Assembly (NCBI GenBank): GCA_020352775.1 | Contig: CP070684.1 | Span: forward strand, 1,035,679-1,099,678 | DNA from: Candidatus Omnitrophota bacterium | GTDB lineage: Bacteria > Omnitrophota > Gorgyraeia > Duberdicusellales > 4484-171 | DNA: 64,000 bases | Reading direction: 5' to 3' | Part shown: positions 9,060 through 18,370 of the stretch, piece by piece | How the letters are laid out: each line of letters opens with the position of its first letter | Position numbering within the stretch: position 1 is the stretch's first letter | Made by a program: the position numbers and the translations under genes | The notes under the pieces: model-generated | What the model was told of the DNA's origin: nothing | The model's database searches: none | The model's input: only the letters and a program-made list of their open reading frames with translations

Positions 9060-9290
9060 ATGGCTAAACGAAAAATAAAAGTAACACGGTTTAAAAAAAG
9101 CTGCATTTTTTGCAAGAAAGAGTTGGATATAGACTACAAAAACATTGAATTGCTGTCGCGTTACGTTTCCGGTAAGGGGAAAGTGGTTTCGCGGCGCATA
9201 AGCGGTAATTGCGCAAAGCATCAACGTAAATTAACAAGAGAAATTAAGCGCGCACGTTACTTAAGTTTGCTTTCTTACATGCCGCGATAA
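9060..9290 (+). CDS. rpsR: 30S ribosomal protein S18 (Zn-binding form)
   Basis: [22 protein letters not shown]. Confidence 0.96.
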   Translation: MAKRKIKVTRFKKSCIFCKKELDIDYKNIELLSRYVSGKGKVVSRRISGNCAKHQRKLTREIKRARYLSLLSYMPR

Positions 9291-9344
9291 CCTGATTAAT
9301 TATCTTTAACCAAGAATTGCAGCAATAGCTAAAAGGGGGACGAA

Positions 9345-9788
9345 GTGAAAGTAATTCTTATTAAAGGCGTCAAGAAAATCGGCGAAGAAGGAAAAATTAT
9401 TGAGGTAAGGGACGGCTATGCCCGCAATTACCTTATTCCTAAGGGTTTCGCACTAAGAGCGAACGATGATAGCTTAAAGAAGCTGGAAGAAATCAAAAGA
9501 AGAAGATTAAAGGAATCTGAAGAGCAAAAACAAAAGCTTTTAGAATTCAAGAATAAATTAGAGGCGGTATCGGTGACGATTACCGCAGAAGTAAAAGAGG
9601 CAGAAGAGATTTTTGGATCTATAAATGAGCCGCAGATAATCAAAGCGTTGAGCGAGGAAGGTATTGAGCTTGCCAAGGATAAAATCGTTTTGGAAGAGCC
9701 GCTTAAGAAACTAGGCGTTTATAATTTGAAAGTTAAGCTCCACCCTGAAGTAGAGGCATCTTTAAGGGTGTGGGTAGTAAAGAAATGA
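9345..9788 (+). CDS. rplI: 50S ribosomal protein L9
   Basis: MKVILIK, DGYARNYLIPKG, FGSI, LHPEV. Confidence 0.96.
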   Translation: MKVILIKGVKKIGEEGKIIEVRDGYARNYLIPKGFALRANDDSLKKLEEIKRRRLKESEEQKQKLLEFKNKLEAVSVTITAEVKEAEEIFGSINEPQIIKALSEEGIELAKDKIVLEEPLKKLGVYNLKVKLHPEVEASLRVWVVKK

Positions 9789-11140
9789 GCAACCAACAAC
9801 CTCAAAACATAGAAAAAATTCCTCCCAATAATATCGAGGCAGAAATGGCCACTCTGGGCGCAATGCTCATAGATGATAGTATAATCCCTCAGGTATTAGA
9901 GCTTATCGACAAAGATTCCTTTTACAAATACGAACATAGCATGATTTTTGAAAGTATTGTGTCTCTTTTCGATGTCAGAAAAAAGACCGATATCCTGACG
10001 GTTTCAGAAGATTTAAACAAAAAGAAATTCTTAGAGAAAATAGGTGGAAGTGCCTATTTAGCCACTCTTGCGGATTTTGTCCCCACCTCTGCCAACGTCT
10101 CTCATTATGCGCGCATAGTGAAGGAAAAAAGTGTTTTACGTTCTTTGATTGCCAGTGCTACCAACATTGTTTCCTGGTCTTATAAGGGAGAGGAAGAGGT
10201 AAGCAATATTCTCGATAGAGCAGAAAAGCTGATTTTTGAAATCAGCGACCGCCGTATTGAAGGAGGTTATGTTCATATAAGAGATGTCATTAAAGACGGA
10301 ATTGAATTAATCGAATCTCTTTATCACAAGAAATCTCATGTAACAGGAATTCCCAGCGGATTCAAAGATTTTGACGTAAAAACCGCTGGTTTTCAAAACG
10401 GGGATTTTATCGTTGTGGCGGGTCGTCCTTCCATGGGTAAAAGCGCGTTTGTGATTTCTGTCGCAGAACACGTGGCTGCGGAGGAAAAAATGCCGGTAGG
10501 GATCTTTAGTCTGGAAATGGCAAAAGAACAGATTATGCAAAGGTTCCTATGTTCTCAGGCAAAAGTTGATATGCATAAAGTAAGAACCGGTTTTCTTGCT
10601 CCTTCTGATTGGCCTTTATTGACCACTGCCGCAAGTATTCTTTCCCAAGCGCCTATTTTTATTGATGATTCTGCTGCGATTAATGTTTTTGAATTGCGCG
10701 CAAAAGCAAGACGCCTTAAAGCACACCATAATATTCAGATGCTGATAGTGGATTATATGCAGCTTATCAGGGGAATGCGAAGAGGAGAAAGTCGGCAGCA
10801 GGAAATATCAGAGATTTCTCAGTCTTTGAAAGCTTTGGCGAAAGAATTAAGTATACCTGTGATCGCAGTAAGCCAGCTCTCAAGAGCAGTGGAGTCCCGC
10901 GAAGGTAACCGACCGAAATTATCGGATTTACGTGAATCAGGAGCCATTGAGCAAGACGCAGACGTGGTGGTGCTTCTTTTTCGGGAAGAATATTATAACC
11001 CCAATGAATCCAATAAAGGAGTGGCGGAGGCAATTATTGCCAAGCAACGTAATGGCCCCACAGGAAGCGTGCAATTGTCATTTTTGCGGGAATATATGAA
11101 ATTTGCTGATTTATTCCAAGTTAAGGTAGCCGAAGAGTAA
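9785..11140 (+). CDS. dnaB: Replicative DNA helicase
   Basis: PPNNIEAE, GRPSMGKS Walker A, FSLEM, DYMQL, SQLSR, SDLRESGAIEQDAD; ATGA overlap with rplI. Confidence 0.97.
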   Translation: MSNQQPQNIEKIPPNNIEAEMATLGAMLIDDSIIPQVLELIDKDSFYKYEHSMIFESIVSLFDVRKKTDILTVSEDLNKKKFLEKIGGSAYLATLADFVPTSANVSHYARIVKEKSVLRSLIASATNIVSWSYKGEEEVSNILDRAEKLIFEISDRRIEGGYVHIRDVIKDGIELIESLYHKKSHVTGIPSGFKDFDVKTAGFQNGDFIVVAGRPSMGKSAFVISVAEHVAAEEKMPVGIFSLEMAKEQIMQRFLCSQAKVDMHKVRTGFLAPSDWPLLTTAASILSQAPIFIDDSAAINVFELRAKARRLKAHHNIQMLIVDYMQLIRGMRRGESRQQEISEISQSLKALAKELSIPVIAVSQLSRAVESREGNRPKLSDLRESGAIEQDADVVVLLFREEYYNPNESNKGVAEAIIAKQRNGPTGSVQLSFLREYMKFADLFQVKVAEE

Positions 11141-11174
11141 TTTGCCCTTAACCCTAAGGCATTAAGGCAATTAC
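11137..11174. terminator. Imperfect hairpin after dnaB, possible terminator
   Basis: GTAATTTGCCCTTAA ... TTAAGGCAATTAC inverted repeat; no U-tract on the + strand. Confidence 0.35.
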
Positions 11175-11190
11175 AAAAAGGTGAGGGAGA

Positions 11191-11219
11191 TTGACTTTGA
11201 TAAAAAAAGTGTTTATAAT
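11191..11219 (+). promoter_or_regulatory. Sigma70 promoter for bamA, probably leaderless
   Basis: TTGACT, 17 bp, TATAAT; ATG 7 nt downstream at 11227, with no room for an SD. Confidence 0.7.
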
Positions 11220-11226
11220 AAGCAAA

Positions 11227-13503
11227 ATGTATAAAGTATTCATTTGTCTTTTATTGTCGTTTATTCTTTTTTTACCCGTCGTTTGGGCGCGCGAGATTGT
11301 TTCCCGTATTGAGATTGAGGGTAATAATATTGTGAGCGATGCCACTATTGTTTCCAAGCTAAAAGTGCGTGCCGGCCAGCCCTTTAGAGAAAATGTCATC
11401 AACGAAGACGTAAAAAATCTTTATGCTACGGGATTTTTTGATACGGTTGAAGTCTCCAAAGAAAAGGTAGCCAATGAAATCATTGTTGTCTTTACTGTAA
11501 AAGAAAAGCCCGTTCTTAAGAAGCTTTCATTTGAAGGGTACCGCTCCATACATCGAAGGAAGCTTTTGGATGCAGTCGACATTAAAGAAGGTTCTTTTGT
11601 AGATGAATATAAGCTTAAAGAAGTGAGTCGCAAAATCAAAGACCTTTATCAGCAGAAAGGCTTTTCACAAGCACAAATAGATTATGAATTAAAAATAGAT
11701 GAGAGAAGAAATGAAGCTGAGGTTAAATTCGTAATTGATGAAAGAAGGGTGATAAAGGTAAGGGGCGTGATAGTTCAAGGAAATATAACTTTTTCCGATG
11801 AAAAAATAATCAGGCTCATGAAGACGAAAAAAGCCTGGCTTCTTAATAGGGGTCTTTTTAAAGAAGATGTGTTGCGCGACGATGTTAAGCGAATTCGTGA
11901 TTTTTATCTGCGTCAAGGTTTTAGCGACGTAGAGGTTAAAACTGATACTAGGCGAAGACCCGAAGGGGTGTATGTAACTATCCTTATAGATGAAGGTCAG
12001 CGCTATTATGCCGGGGAGATAACCATTGAAGGGAATAAGGAAGTGCCTCTTTCTGAAATCGAAGCAGTACTTAAGATGAGACCAGGTTTGGTATTCAGTG
12101 AAAACGCGGTGTATGAGGATTATTCAAGAATAAGGGAAATTTATGTAAATAAAGGGTATATATTTTCACGCGTGGAGCCTTTCAGCTATTTTAATACGAA
12201 AACTAAAAGAGTAGATTTAACCTATCGTGTTAGCGAGAATCAAATCGCTTATGTAGAGAGAATTGATGTCAAAGGCAATGTTAAAACCAGAGATAATGTG
12301 ATAAGAAGGGAATTGAGGGCATATCCTGGCGAGAGATTCAATGGTGAAAAAATACATAAGAGTAAAGAACGCCTGGAAAATTTAGGATTCTTTGAAGAAA
12401 TACGCTTTGGTACCGAAGCTGGCACAACCCCGGAACAGATAGATTTGATAGTGGATGTTAAAGAAGCAAAGACCGGATATTTAAGTTTTGGCGGAGGGTA
12501 TAGTTCGGTTGATGAGTTTGTCGGCTTTGTAGAATTAAGGCAGCGCAATTTTGATTATAGAAACTGGTCCACCTTTACCGGTGCCGGACAAGATTTAAAT
12601 TTGCAGGCAAGCTTCGGCACCTTGACCGACCGTTACCAATTAAGTTTTACCAATCCTTGGATTTTTGATCGGCCTATTTCCTTTGGGTTTGACGGTTATA
12701 AACGCACTCACGCCCGTGAGGGTGACGTAGGATACGCTTTTGAAGAGGATATTAGAGGCGGGGCAATACGTTTAGGAACGGCTTTCAATGATAATTTTAG
12801 CGCCGGACTAGGTTTTCGTTTTGAGCAAGTAGAAATTAGTGATGTTGATCAGAATGCAACTCAGGCATTGAAAGATGAAGCCGGAACAAATGATTTAATA
12901 GGTCCGGAAGTTAATTTACGTTTTGATACCAGGGATAATGTATTTGTTCCTTCAACCGGAATCTACGTTATTAACAGTGTTGAATTTAAAGGTGATCCAT
13001 TTGGGGGTGATAAGGATTTTGTAAAAGAATCTGCTCGGGTGAGTAAATATTTTCCTCTTATGCACGATTCTGTGCTAGAATTTCGTGTTAGAGTGGGTTA
13101 TGCAGATCCGTTTTCTGGCACAAATGAAATTCCCATTTATGAGCGTTTCTTTGCAGGGGGTTCTTCTACGATAAGAGGATATCATGAAAGAAAAGTAGGC
13201 CCTATAGATCCAGCCACTGAAGATCCCCTTGGTGGGGAGGCGATGTTTGTGGGCAATGTAGAATACACCTATCCCTTGGTGGAGAATTTCCTCAAAATGG
13301 CGACTTTTTTTGATACGGGAAATGTGTGGGAAAAGAATAACGATTTTATGAGTGGTGACCTTAAATCTAGCGTGGGTATAGGGTTAAGGGTAAAAACCCC
13401 CATTGGCCCGGTTAGTGTGGATTATGGTTGGCCATTGGATCTTGAACCGGGCGAAGAGGAGAAAGAGGGTAGATTTCATTTTAATATAAGTAGAGGTTTT
13501 TAA
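11227..13503 (+). CDS. bamA: Outer membrane protein assembly factor BamA
   Basis: Signal peptide, POTRA repeats, ERFFAGGSSTIRGY motif, C-terminal FNISRGF. Confidence 0.95.
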   Translation: MYKVFICLLLSFILFLPVVWAREIVSRIEIEGNNIVSDATIVSKLKVRAGQPFRENVINEDVKNLYATGFFDTVEVSKEKVANEIIVVFTVKEKPVLKKLSFEGYRSIHRRKLLDAVDIKEGSFVDEYKLKEVSRKIKDLYQQKGFSQAQIDYELKIDERRNEAEVKFVIDERRVIKVRGVIVQGNITFSDEKIIRLMKTKKAWLLNRGLFKEDVLRDDVKRIRDFYLRQGFSDVEVKTDTRRRPEGVYVTILIDEGQRYYAGEITIEGNKEVPLSEIEAVLKMRPGLVFSENAVYEDYSRIREIYVNKGYIFSRVEPFSYFNTKTKRVDLTYRVSENQIAYVERIDVKGNVKTRDNVIRRELRAYPGERFNGEKIHKSKERLENLGFFEEIRFGTEAGTTPEQIDLIVDVKEAKTGYLSFGGGYSSVDEFVGFVELRQRNFDYRNWSTFTGAGQDLNLQASFGTLTDRYQLSFTNPWIFDRPISFGFDGYKRTHAREGDVGYAFEEDIRGGAIRLGTAFNDNFSAGLGFRFEQVEISDVDQNATQALKDEAGTNDLIGPEVNLRFDTRDNVFVPSTGIYVINSVEFKGDPFGGDKDFVKESARVSKYFPLMHDSVLEFRVRVGYADPFSGTNEIPIYERFFAGGSSTIRGYHERKVGPIDPATEDPLGGEAMFVGNVEYTYPLVENFLKMATFFDTGNVWEKNNDFMSGDLKSSVGIGLRVKTPIGPVSVDYGWPLDLEPGEEEKEGRFHFNISRGF

Positions 13504-13514
13504 AGGAGGGAGAG

Positions 13515-14021
13515 ATGAGAAGATTTGTATCTTTAATGTTTGTGGTAGGGCTAATAACTGCATTTTCCTTGAGCTGTTTTGCGGCTGATTTAAAAATTGG
13601 CTATGTTAACTATCTTGAGGTGATCGAAAAGTATAAGAAAACCAAAGATTATGATGGTGAATTAGAAGCAAGAAGAAGCCAGGAAGAGAATAAATTCGGA
13701 AAGAGAAAAGATAAAATAGAAAAAATGCAGGACAAGCTTAGTCTTATGGCAGAAAGCGAACAAGAGCGGGAAAAAGAAAAACTCACTAAAGAGATTCGAT
13801 CTTTTCGTGAAGACGAACGTGCGGTTTTTATTGATTTGCGAAAAGAAAGAAATGAAAAAATGAACGAGATCGTTGAGGATATCAATAAGGTAATTGAACG
13901 ATATGCCAAGAAAAACAAATTTGATCTGGTGATACAGGAAAATATGGTTATTTTTGGAAATAAGACATTCGACATCACCAGACAGATTATTAAACTTGTT
14001 AATAAAGGGTATAGAAGGTGA
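13515..14021 (+). CDS. skp: OmpH/Skp periplasmic chaperone
   Basis: Signal peptide, KIGYVN, coiled coil, FDLVI...DIT; bamA-skp-lpxD synteny. Confidence 0.9.
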   Translation: MRRFVSLMFVVGLITAFSLSCFAADLKIGYVNYLEVIEKYKKTKDYDGELEARRSQEENKFGKRKDKIEKMQDKLSLMAESEQEREKEKLTKEIRSFREDERAVFIDLRKERNEKMNEIVEDINKVIERYAKKNKFDLVIQENMVIFGNKTFDITRQIIKLVNKGYRR

Positions 14022-15061
14022 AACTTACCCTTAGAGAAATAGCAACACTGGTAAACGGAGAATTGGTCGGTGATCCCGATATTGTAATTACAGGGATCTC
14101 CGGAATAAAGGAAGCCAAGAAAGGGGATATTACTTTTCTGGCCAATTCTAAATATGCCCGTCTGATGGAAACCACAAAGGCATCAGCTATTATCACCTCA
14201 AGAGAAATAAGCAATTCTTCAAAACCTCTTTTAAGGACGGACAATCCTTCTCTGGCATTTGCGCGTGTGGTAAACTTAGTTGCTTCTAGCTACGCTAAGC
14301 ATCCCCAAGGAATTCATCGCAGCGCAATTATATCTGATAAAGCAAAGCTTGCAAAAGATGTTAGTGTAGGGGCATACACAATCATTGAAGAGGGGGTCCA
14401 GATAGATGAGGGGACAGTAATTTATGCAGGCTGTTACATAGGCGCTCATTCAAAGATCGCGAAAAAATGCCTTATTTATCCCCATGTTTCAATCAGAGAG
14501 AGAATAGAGGTTGGCAATAGAGTGGTTATTCACTCCGGGGCAGTGATTGGAAGCGATGGGTTTGGTTTTGCTGCCGTAAAAGGAGTGCAGGAGAAAATTC
14601 CCCAGATTGGTACAGTGTCTATCGAAGATGATGTTGAGATTGGTGCCAACGTTACTATTGATAGAGCAAGATTTGATAAGACCATTGTAGGTAAAGGTAC
14701 AAAGATTGATAATTTGGTCCAGATCGCGCATAATGTAGTGATAGGAGAAAATTGTATTATTATTGCCCAGGCAGGCGTTTCAGGAAGTACTACCCTGGGC
14801 AAAGGGGTTGTTCTTGCGGGTCAGGCAGGAGTGGTAGGTCATATTCATATCGGCGATGGTTCTGTGGTTGCTGCTCAAGCAGGGGTGACAAAGTCAATAC
14901 CTTCTGAGACTAAAGTGTCTGGTTATCCGGCGCGACCCCATGATGTTGCAAAAAGGGTAAATGCCTGCGTACAGCGATTACCAGAGCTTTATAAGAAAAT
15001 ACGTTGCTTAGAAGAGAAGGTTCAAGAACTAGAAGAGAAGCTAAAGAAGGAAAATGGATAA
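14018..15061 (+). CDS. lpxD: UDP-3-O-acyl-glucosamine N-acyltransferase
   Basis: [31 protein letters not shown]. Confidence 0.96.
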   Translation: MKLTLREIATLVNGELVGDPDIVITGISGIKEAKKGDITFLANSKYARLMETTKASAIITSREISNSSKPLLRTDNPSLAFARVVNLVASSYAKHPQGIHRSAIISDKAKLAKDVSVGAYTIIEEGVQIDEGTVIYAGCYIGAHSKIAKKCLIYPHVSIRERIEVGNRVVIHSGAVIGSDGFGFAAVKGVQEKIPQIGTVSIEDDVEIGANVTIDRARFDKTIVGKGTKIDNLVQIAHNVVIGENCIIIAQAGVSGSTTLGKGVVLAGQAGVVGHIHIGDGSVVAAQAGVTKSIPSETKVSGYPARPHDVAKRVNACVQRLPELYKKIRCLEEKVQELEEKLKKENG

Positions 15062-16361
15062 ACAAAGAACAATAAAAAAGAAGGTATCTTTTGAAGGAGT
15101 AGGGCTTCATACTGGAGAGAAGACTAAAATAGTGTTGTGCCCCGCACCTGTAAATACGGGTATCATTTTTGTGCGCCAAGATATCCCCACTTTTCTTGTA
15201 AAAGCCGACCTTTCTTCTTTAGCTGATCCTGAGAAATTCCCCCGCCGTACTTCTGTGGGGAATGATGGTGTTTATATTCATACCATAGAACATCTTATGG
15301 CAGCCTTACATCTTTTAGGGATTGATAATATTCAGATAAACATGTGGGGAGAAGAAGTTCCGGGGCTAGACGGTAGCGCTAAAGAATTTATTGAAAAAAT
15401 AAAAGAAGCGGGTCTTCTGGAACAGGGTGCATATCGTGATTATTTGACAATAAAAGAGCCGTTATGGGTAGATGAAAGTTGCGCCAGTATTATTGTGCTA
15501 CCCTCTACAGATTTACGTATTTCCTATGTTTTAAAATATGATAATCCTTTAATCGGTTCTGGATATATGGATTTAGTGATTAATGGTAAGGCCACAGATA
15601 ATTTTTATGAGGCAAGGACATTTTGTCTGGAGGACGAAGTCAAGCCCCTTTTGAATATGGGGTTAGGAAAGGGGGCAAACTACGATAATACCCTTGTGGT
15701 TTCTTCCAAAGGAATAATAAAGAATAAATTACGCTTTGATGATGAGTTTGTGAAGCATAAGATTTTAGATTTAGTGGGTGATTTGTATTTGGTCGGAGCT
15801 CTTAAGGCGCATGTGATTGCAGTAAAAAGCGGCCATTCTTTGAGTATAAAACTGCTTGATAAACTGCGTCGCTATAAAGATAAGGTAAAGCGAGGCGGGG
15901 TAGGCTCAAGAGAGGGCTATGTTCCTCAAGGGACAGAACTCAATGCGGAAGAGATAATGAAAATATTACCCCATCGATACCCTTTTCTTTTAGTGGACAA
16001 GGTTGTTGAATTAGAAAAGGCCAAGCGCTGCGTAGGTATAAAAAATGTGAGCATGAATGAATATTTTTTCCAGGGACATTTCCCGGGCCGGCCAGTTATG
16101 CCAGGAGTGCTTATCGTAGAGGCTATGGCTCAGGTGGGTGGGATTCTTATGTTGGCCTGCGCCGAGCACAGAGGAAAGCTTGCTTATTTTATGGCTGCAA
16201 ACAACATTAAATTCAGAAAGACTGTTGAGCCGGGAGATCAGTTGGTAATTGAGGTGAATATCGGTAAGACCCGTTCCAAGACAGGTTCAGTATATGCTAA
16301 GGCATCAGTGGAAGGCAAAGTAGTCGCAGAAGCAGAATTAATGTTTGCTCTCGTAGAATAA
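15054..16361 (+). CDS. lpxC-fabZ: Bifunctional LpxC deacetylase / FabZ dehydratase fusion
   Basis: [30 protein letters not shown] (LpxC) followed by [24 protein letters not shown] (FabZ). Confidence 0.95.
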   Translation: MDKQRTIKKKVSFEGVGLHTGEKTKIVLCPAPVNTGIIFVRQDIPTFLVKADLSSLADPEKFPRRTSVGNDGVYIHTIEHLMAALHLLGIDNIQINMWGEEVPGLDGSAKEFIEKIKEAGLLEQGAYRDYLTIKEPLWVDESCASIIVLPSTDLRISYVLKYDNPLIGSGYMDLVINGKATDNFYEARTFCLEDEVKPLLNMGLGKGANYDNTLVVSSKGIIKNKLRFDDEFVKHKILDLVGDLYLVGALKAHVIAVKSGHSLSIKLLDKLRRYKDKVKRGGVGSREGYVPQGTELNAEEIMKILPHRYPFLLVDKVVELEKAKRCVGIKNVSMNEYFFQGHFPGRPVMPGVLIVEAMAQVGGILMLACAEHRGKLAYFMAANNIKFRKTVEPGDQLVIEVNIGKTRSKTGSVYAKASVEGKVVAEAELMFALVE

Positions 16362-16380
16362 TCCCGCCTTCAGTTTCCCA

Positions 16381-16408
16381 TTGCCCTCCCTTTATTTTTT
16401 GATATAAT
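16381..16408 (+). promoter_or_regulatory. Sigma70 promoter for lpxA, probably leaderless
   Basis: TTGCCC, 16 bp, TG-A-TATAAT; ATG 8 nt downstream; no SD. Confidence 0.6.
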
Positions 16409-16416
16409 TTAACAAT

Positions 16417-17193
16417 ATGGCTACTCAAATTCACCCTCAAGCGATTGTAAGTCCATCGGCCCAGCTAGATGAAGGCGTAAAGGTAGGACCCTGCGCTGTT
16501 ATTGAAGAAAATGTTAAAATCGGTGCTTTGACCGTAATTGAGGCGGGAGCGCAAGTTTTAGGGTATACCCAGATTGGTAAGAACTGTCGCATTTTTCCCT
16601 ACGCCGTAGTAGGAAGCATCCCTCAGGATTTAAAATACAAGGAAGAGAAAAGTTATCTTGTTATCGGTGATAACAATCGCATCAGAGAATTTACCACCAT
16701 AAATCCCGGGACAGAGAGGGATTCAAAAACAGTTTTGGGCAACAATAATCTTCTTATGGCTTATTCTCATATTGCCCATGATTGTAAGATCGGCGATGAT
16801 AATATTCTTGCAAACAACGCTACTTTAGCCGGTTATGTAGAGCTGGGAAATAAAGTAGTTGTCGGGGGACTGGTGGCAGTGCATCAATTTTGCCGCCTGG
16901 GAAGCTTCTCAATTGCGGGAGGATGTTCAAAGGTTGTTCAGGACATACCTCCTTATTCAATGTGTGATGGGCACCCAGCTAAAGTGCGCGGAGTCAATCT
17001 GGTGGGGTTGCGCCGGGCAAAGTTTGACCAAGATGTAATCAATGCCTTAAAGAAAGCATTTAAGATTATTTTTTTTGAAAATCATTCCTTTGACGAAGCC
17101 AGTAAGTTAGCAAAAGAAAATCTGCCTCATTTAGAAGAAATTGAAAATCTTCTTCAATTTATTTCTTCTTCCAAAAGAGGCATTGGTAAATGA
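16417..17193 (+). CDS. lpxA: Acyl-ACP--UDP-GlcNAc O-acyltransferase
   Basis: IHPQAIV, PQDLKY, IREFTTI, HIAHDC, VHQFCR. Confidence 0.96.
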   Translation: MATQIHPQAIVSPSAQLDEGVKVGPCAVIEENVKIGALTVIEAGAQVLGYTQIGKNCRIFPYAVVGSIPQDLKYKEEKSYLVIGDNNRIREFTTINPGTERDSKTVLGNNNLLMAYSHIAHDCKIGDDNILANNATLAGYVELGNKVVVGGLVAVHQFCRLGSFSIAGGCSKVVQDIPPYSMCDGHPAKVRGVNLVGLRRAKFDQDVINALKKAFKIIFFENHSFDEASKLAKENLPHLEEIENLLQFISSSKRGIGK

Positions 17194-18008
17194 TGCGATT
17201 AGGAATTATTGCCGGAAATCGTCTCTTACCTCTAATCCTCGCTAAGAAAATACGAGAAACAAATAAGGATAATGAGGTTATTGCCATCTGTTTTAAAGGT
17301 GAGACTTCACCTTTGATCAATAGATACGTTACCAAAACCCATTGGGTGCAGCCGACAAAATTAGGCCAGCTTAAAGAAGCTCTAAAAAAAGAGAACTTAA
17401 AAGAATGTATTATGGCCGGCCAGATTAATCCTTTAAGAATTTTTAAAAGATCCCAGTGGGATCAAGAGCTGCGTTCTTTGGTAGCCCAGACACAAGATTT
17501 TCGTCCTCATACTATATTTACTGCTATAATAAATCATCTGCAAACTGAAGGTATAAAATTTTTAGATTCAACCCTTTATTTGAAAGAGAGTTTAGCCCAG
17601 CAAGGTTTAATGGATAATTTAGATTTAGACTCCAATGTAAAGAAAGATATTGATTTTGGGGTTGAGATTATTTCGCGTTTTGTGGAGTTGGACGTGGGTC
17701 AGGTAGGAGTAGTTAAATCTAATACGGTCGCGGCCCTAGAGTCTTTGGAAGGAACCGATAGAACGATTAAAAGGGGTTTTAGCCTTGCGGGTCGGGGATG
17801 TACAGTATTAAAATTCAGTAAAGCCAATCAGGATTTACGCTTTGATGTTCCGGTGGTAGGAATCTCTACTCTTAGGCTTTTAAAAAAGATAAATGCGGCA
17901 TCGCTGGTTTTAGAAAAAGAAAAAGTAATTATTTTGGAGAAAGAAAAGTTTCTTTCGCATGCCACAAGATGGGGTATACCTGTGGTAGGTAGAGAGCGGG
18001 TCAAATAA
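17190..18008 (+). CDS. lpxI: UDP-2,3-diacylglucosamine pyrophosphatase LpxI family
   Basis: LGIIAG, DVGQ, LESLEGTD, QDLRFDVPVVG; directly after lpxA. Confidence 0.88.
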   Translation: MMRLGIIAGNRLLPLILAKKIRETNKDNEVIAICFKGETSPLINRYVTKTHWVQPTKLGQLKEALKKENLKECIMAGQINPLRIFKRSQWDQELRSLVAQTQDFRPHTIFTAIINHLQTEGIKFLDSTLYLKESLAQQGLMDNLDLDSNVKKDIDFGVEIISRFVELDVGQVGVVKSNTVAALESLEGTDRTIKRGFSLAGRGCTVLKFSKANQDLRFDVPVVGISTLRLLKKINAASLVLEKEKVIILEKEKFLSHATRWGIPVVGRERVK

Positions 18009-18024
18009 AAAGGAGGGCAGTATC

Positions 18025-18279
18025 ATGCAAGAGAAAGAAATTGGCATGATCACTCATTGGTTTGGTCATATCTCAGTTGGGATCATTGAGCTTTCAGACA
18101 TGCTCAAAGTTGGTGACACAATTCACGTTAAAGGCGTCCACGATGATTTTTCACAAACAATTGATTCAATGCAAATAGAGCATGAAAATGTCACCGAAGC
18201 AAAGAAAGGGGATATGGTCGGAATAAAAGTAGCACAGAAAGTACATCCTCACGATAAGGTATATAAGGTCGTAGAGTAA
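18025..18279 (+). CDS. Small translation-factor-like beta-barrel protein (EF-Tu domain II / U32 C-terminal-like)
   Basis: IGMITHWFGHISVGIIEL, LKVGDTIHVKG, SMQIEH, GDMVGIKV; strong SD AGGAGG. Confidence 0.75.
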   Translation: MQEKEIGMITHWFGHISVGIIELSDMLKVGDTIHVKGVHDDFSQTIDSMQIEHENVTEAKKGDMVGIKVAQKVHPHDKVYKVVE

Positions 18280-18370
18280 GTATCAGATTCCATTCTTTTT
18301 GTGCGTTTACCGCAATTATTTTGCTAGGGTCATTGTGTTTCCCTCTTTAAAATAACCTTTTGTTTTTAAA

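Noticed and set aside
15054-16361. LpxC-FabZ fusion as a novelty
   Set aside because: Already well known in Bacteroidota, Chlorobi and other diderm phyla
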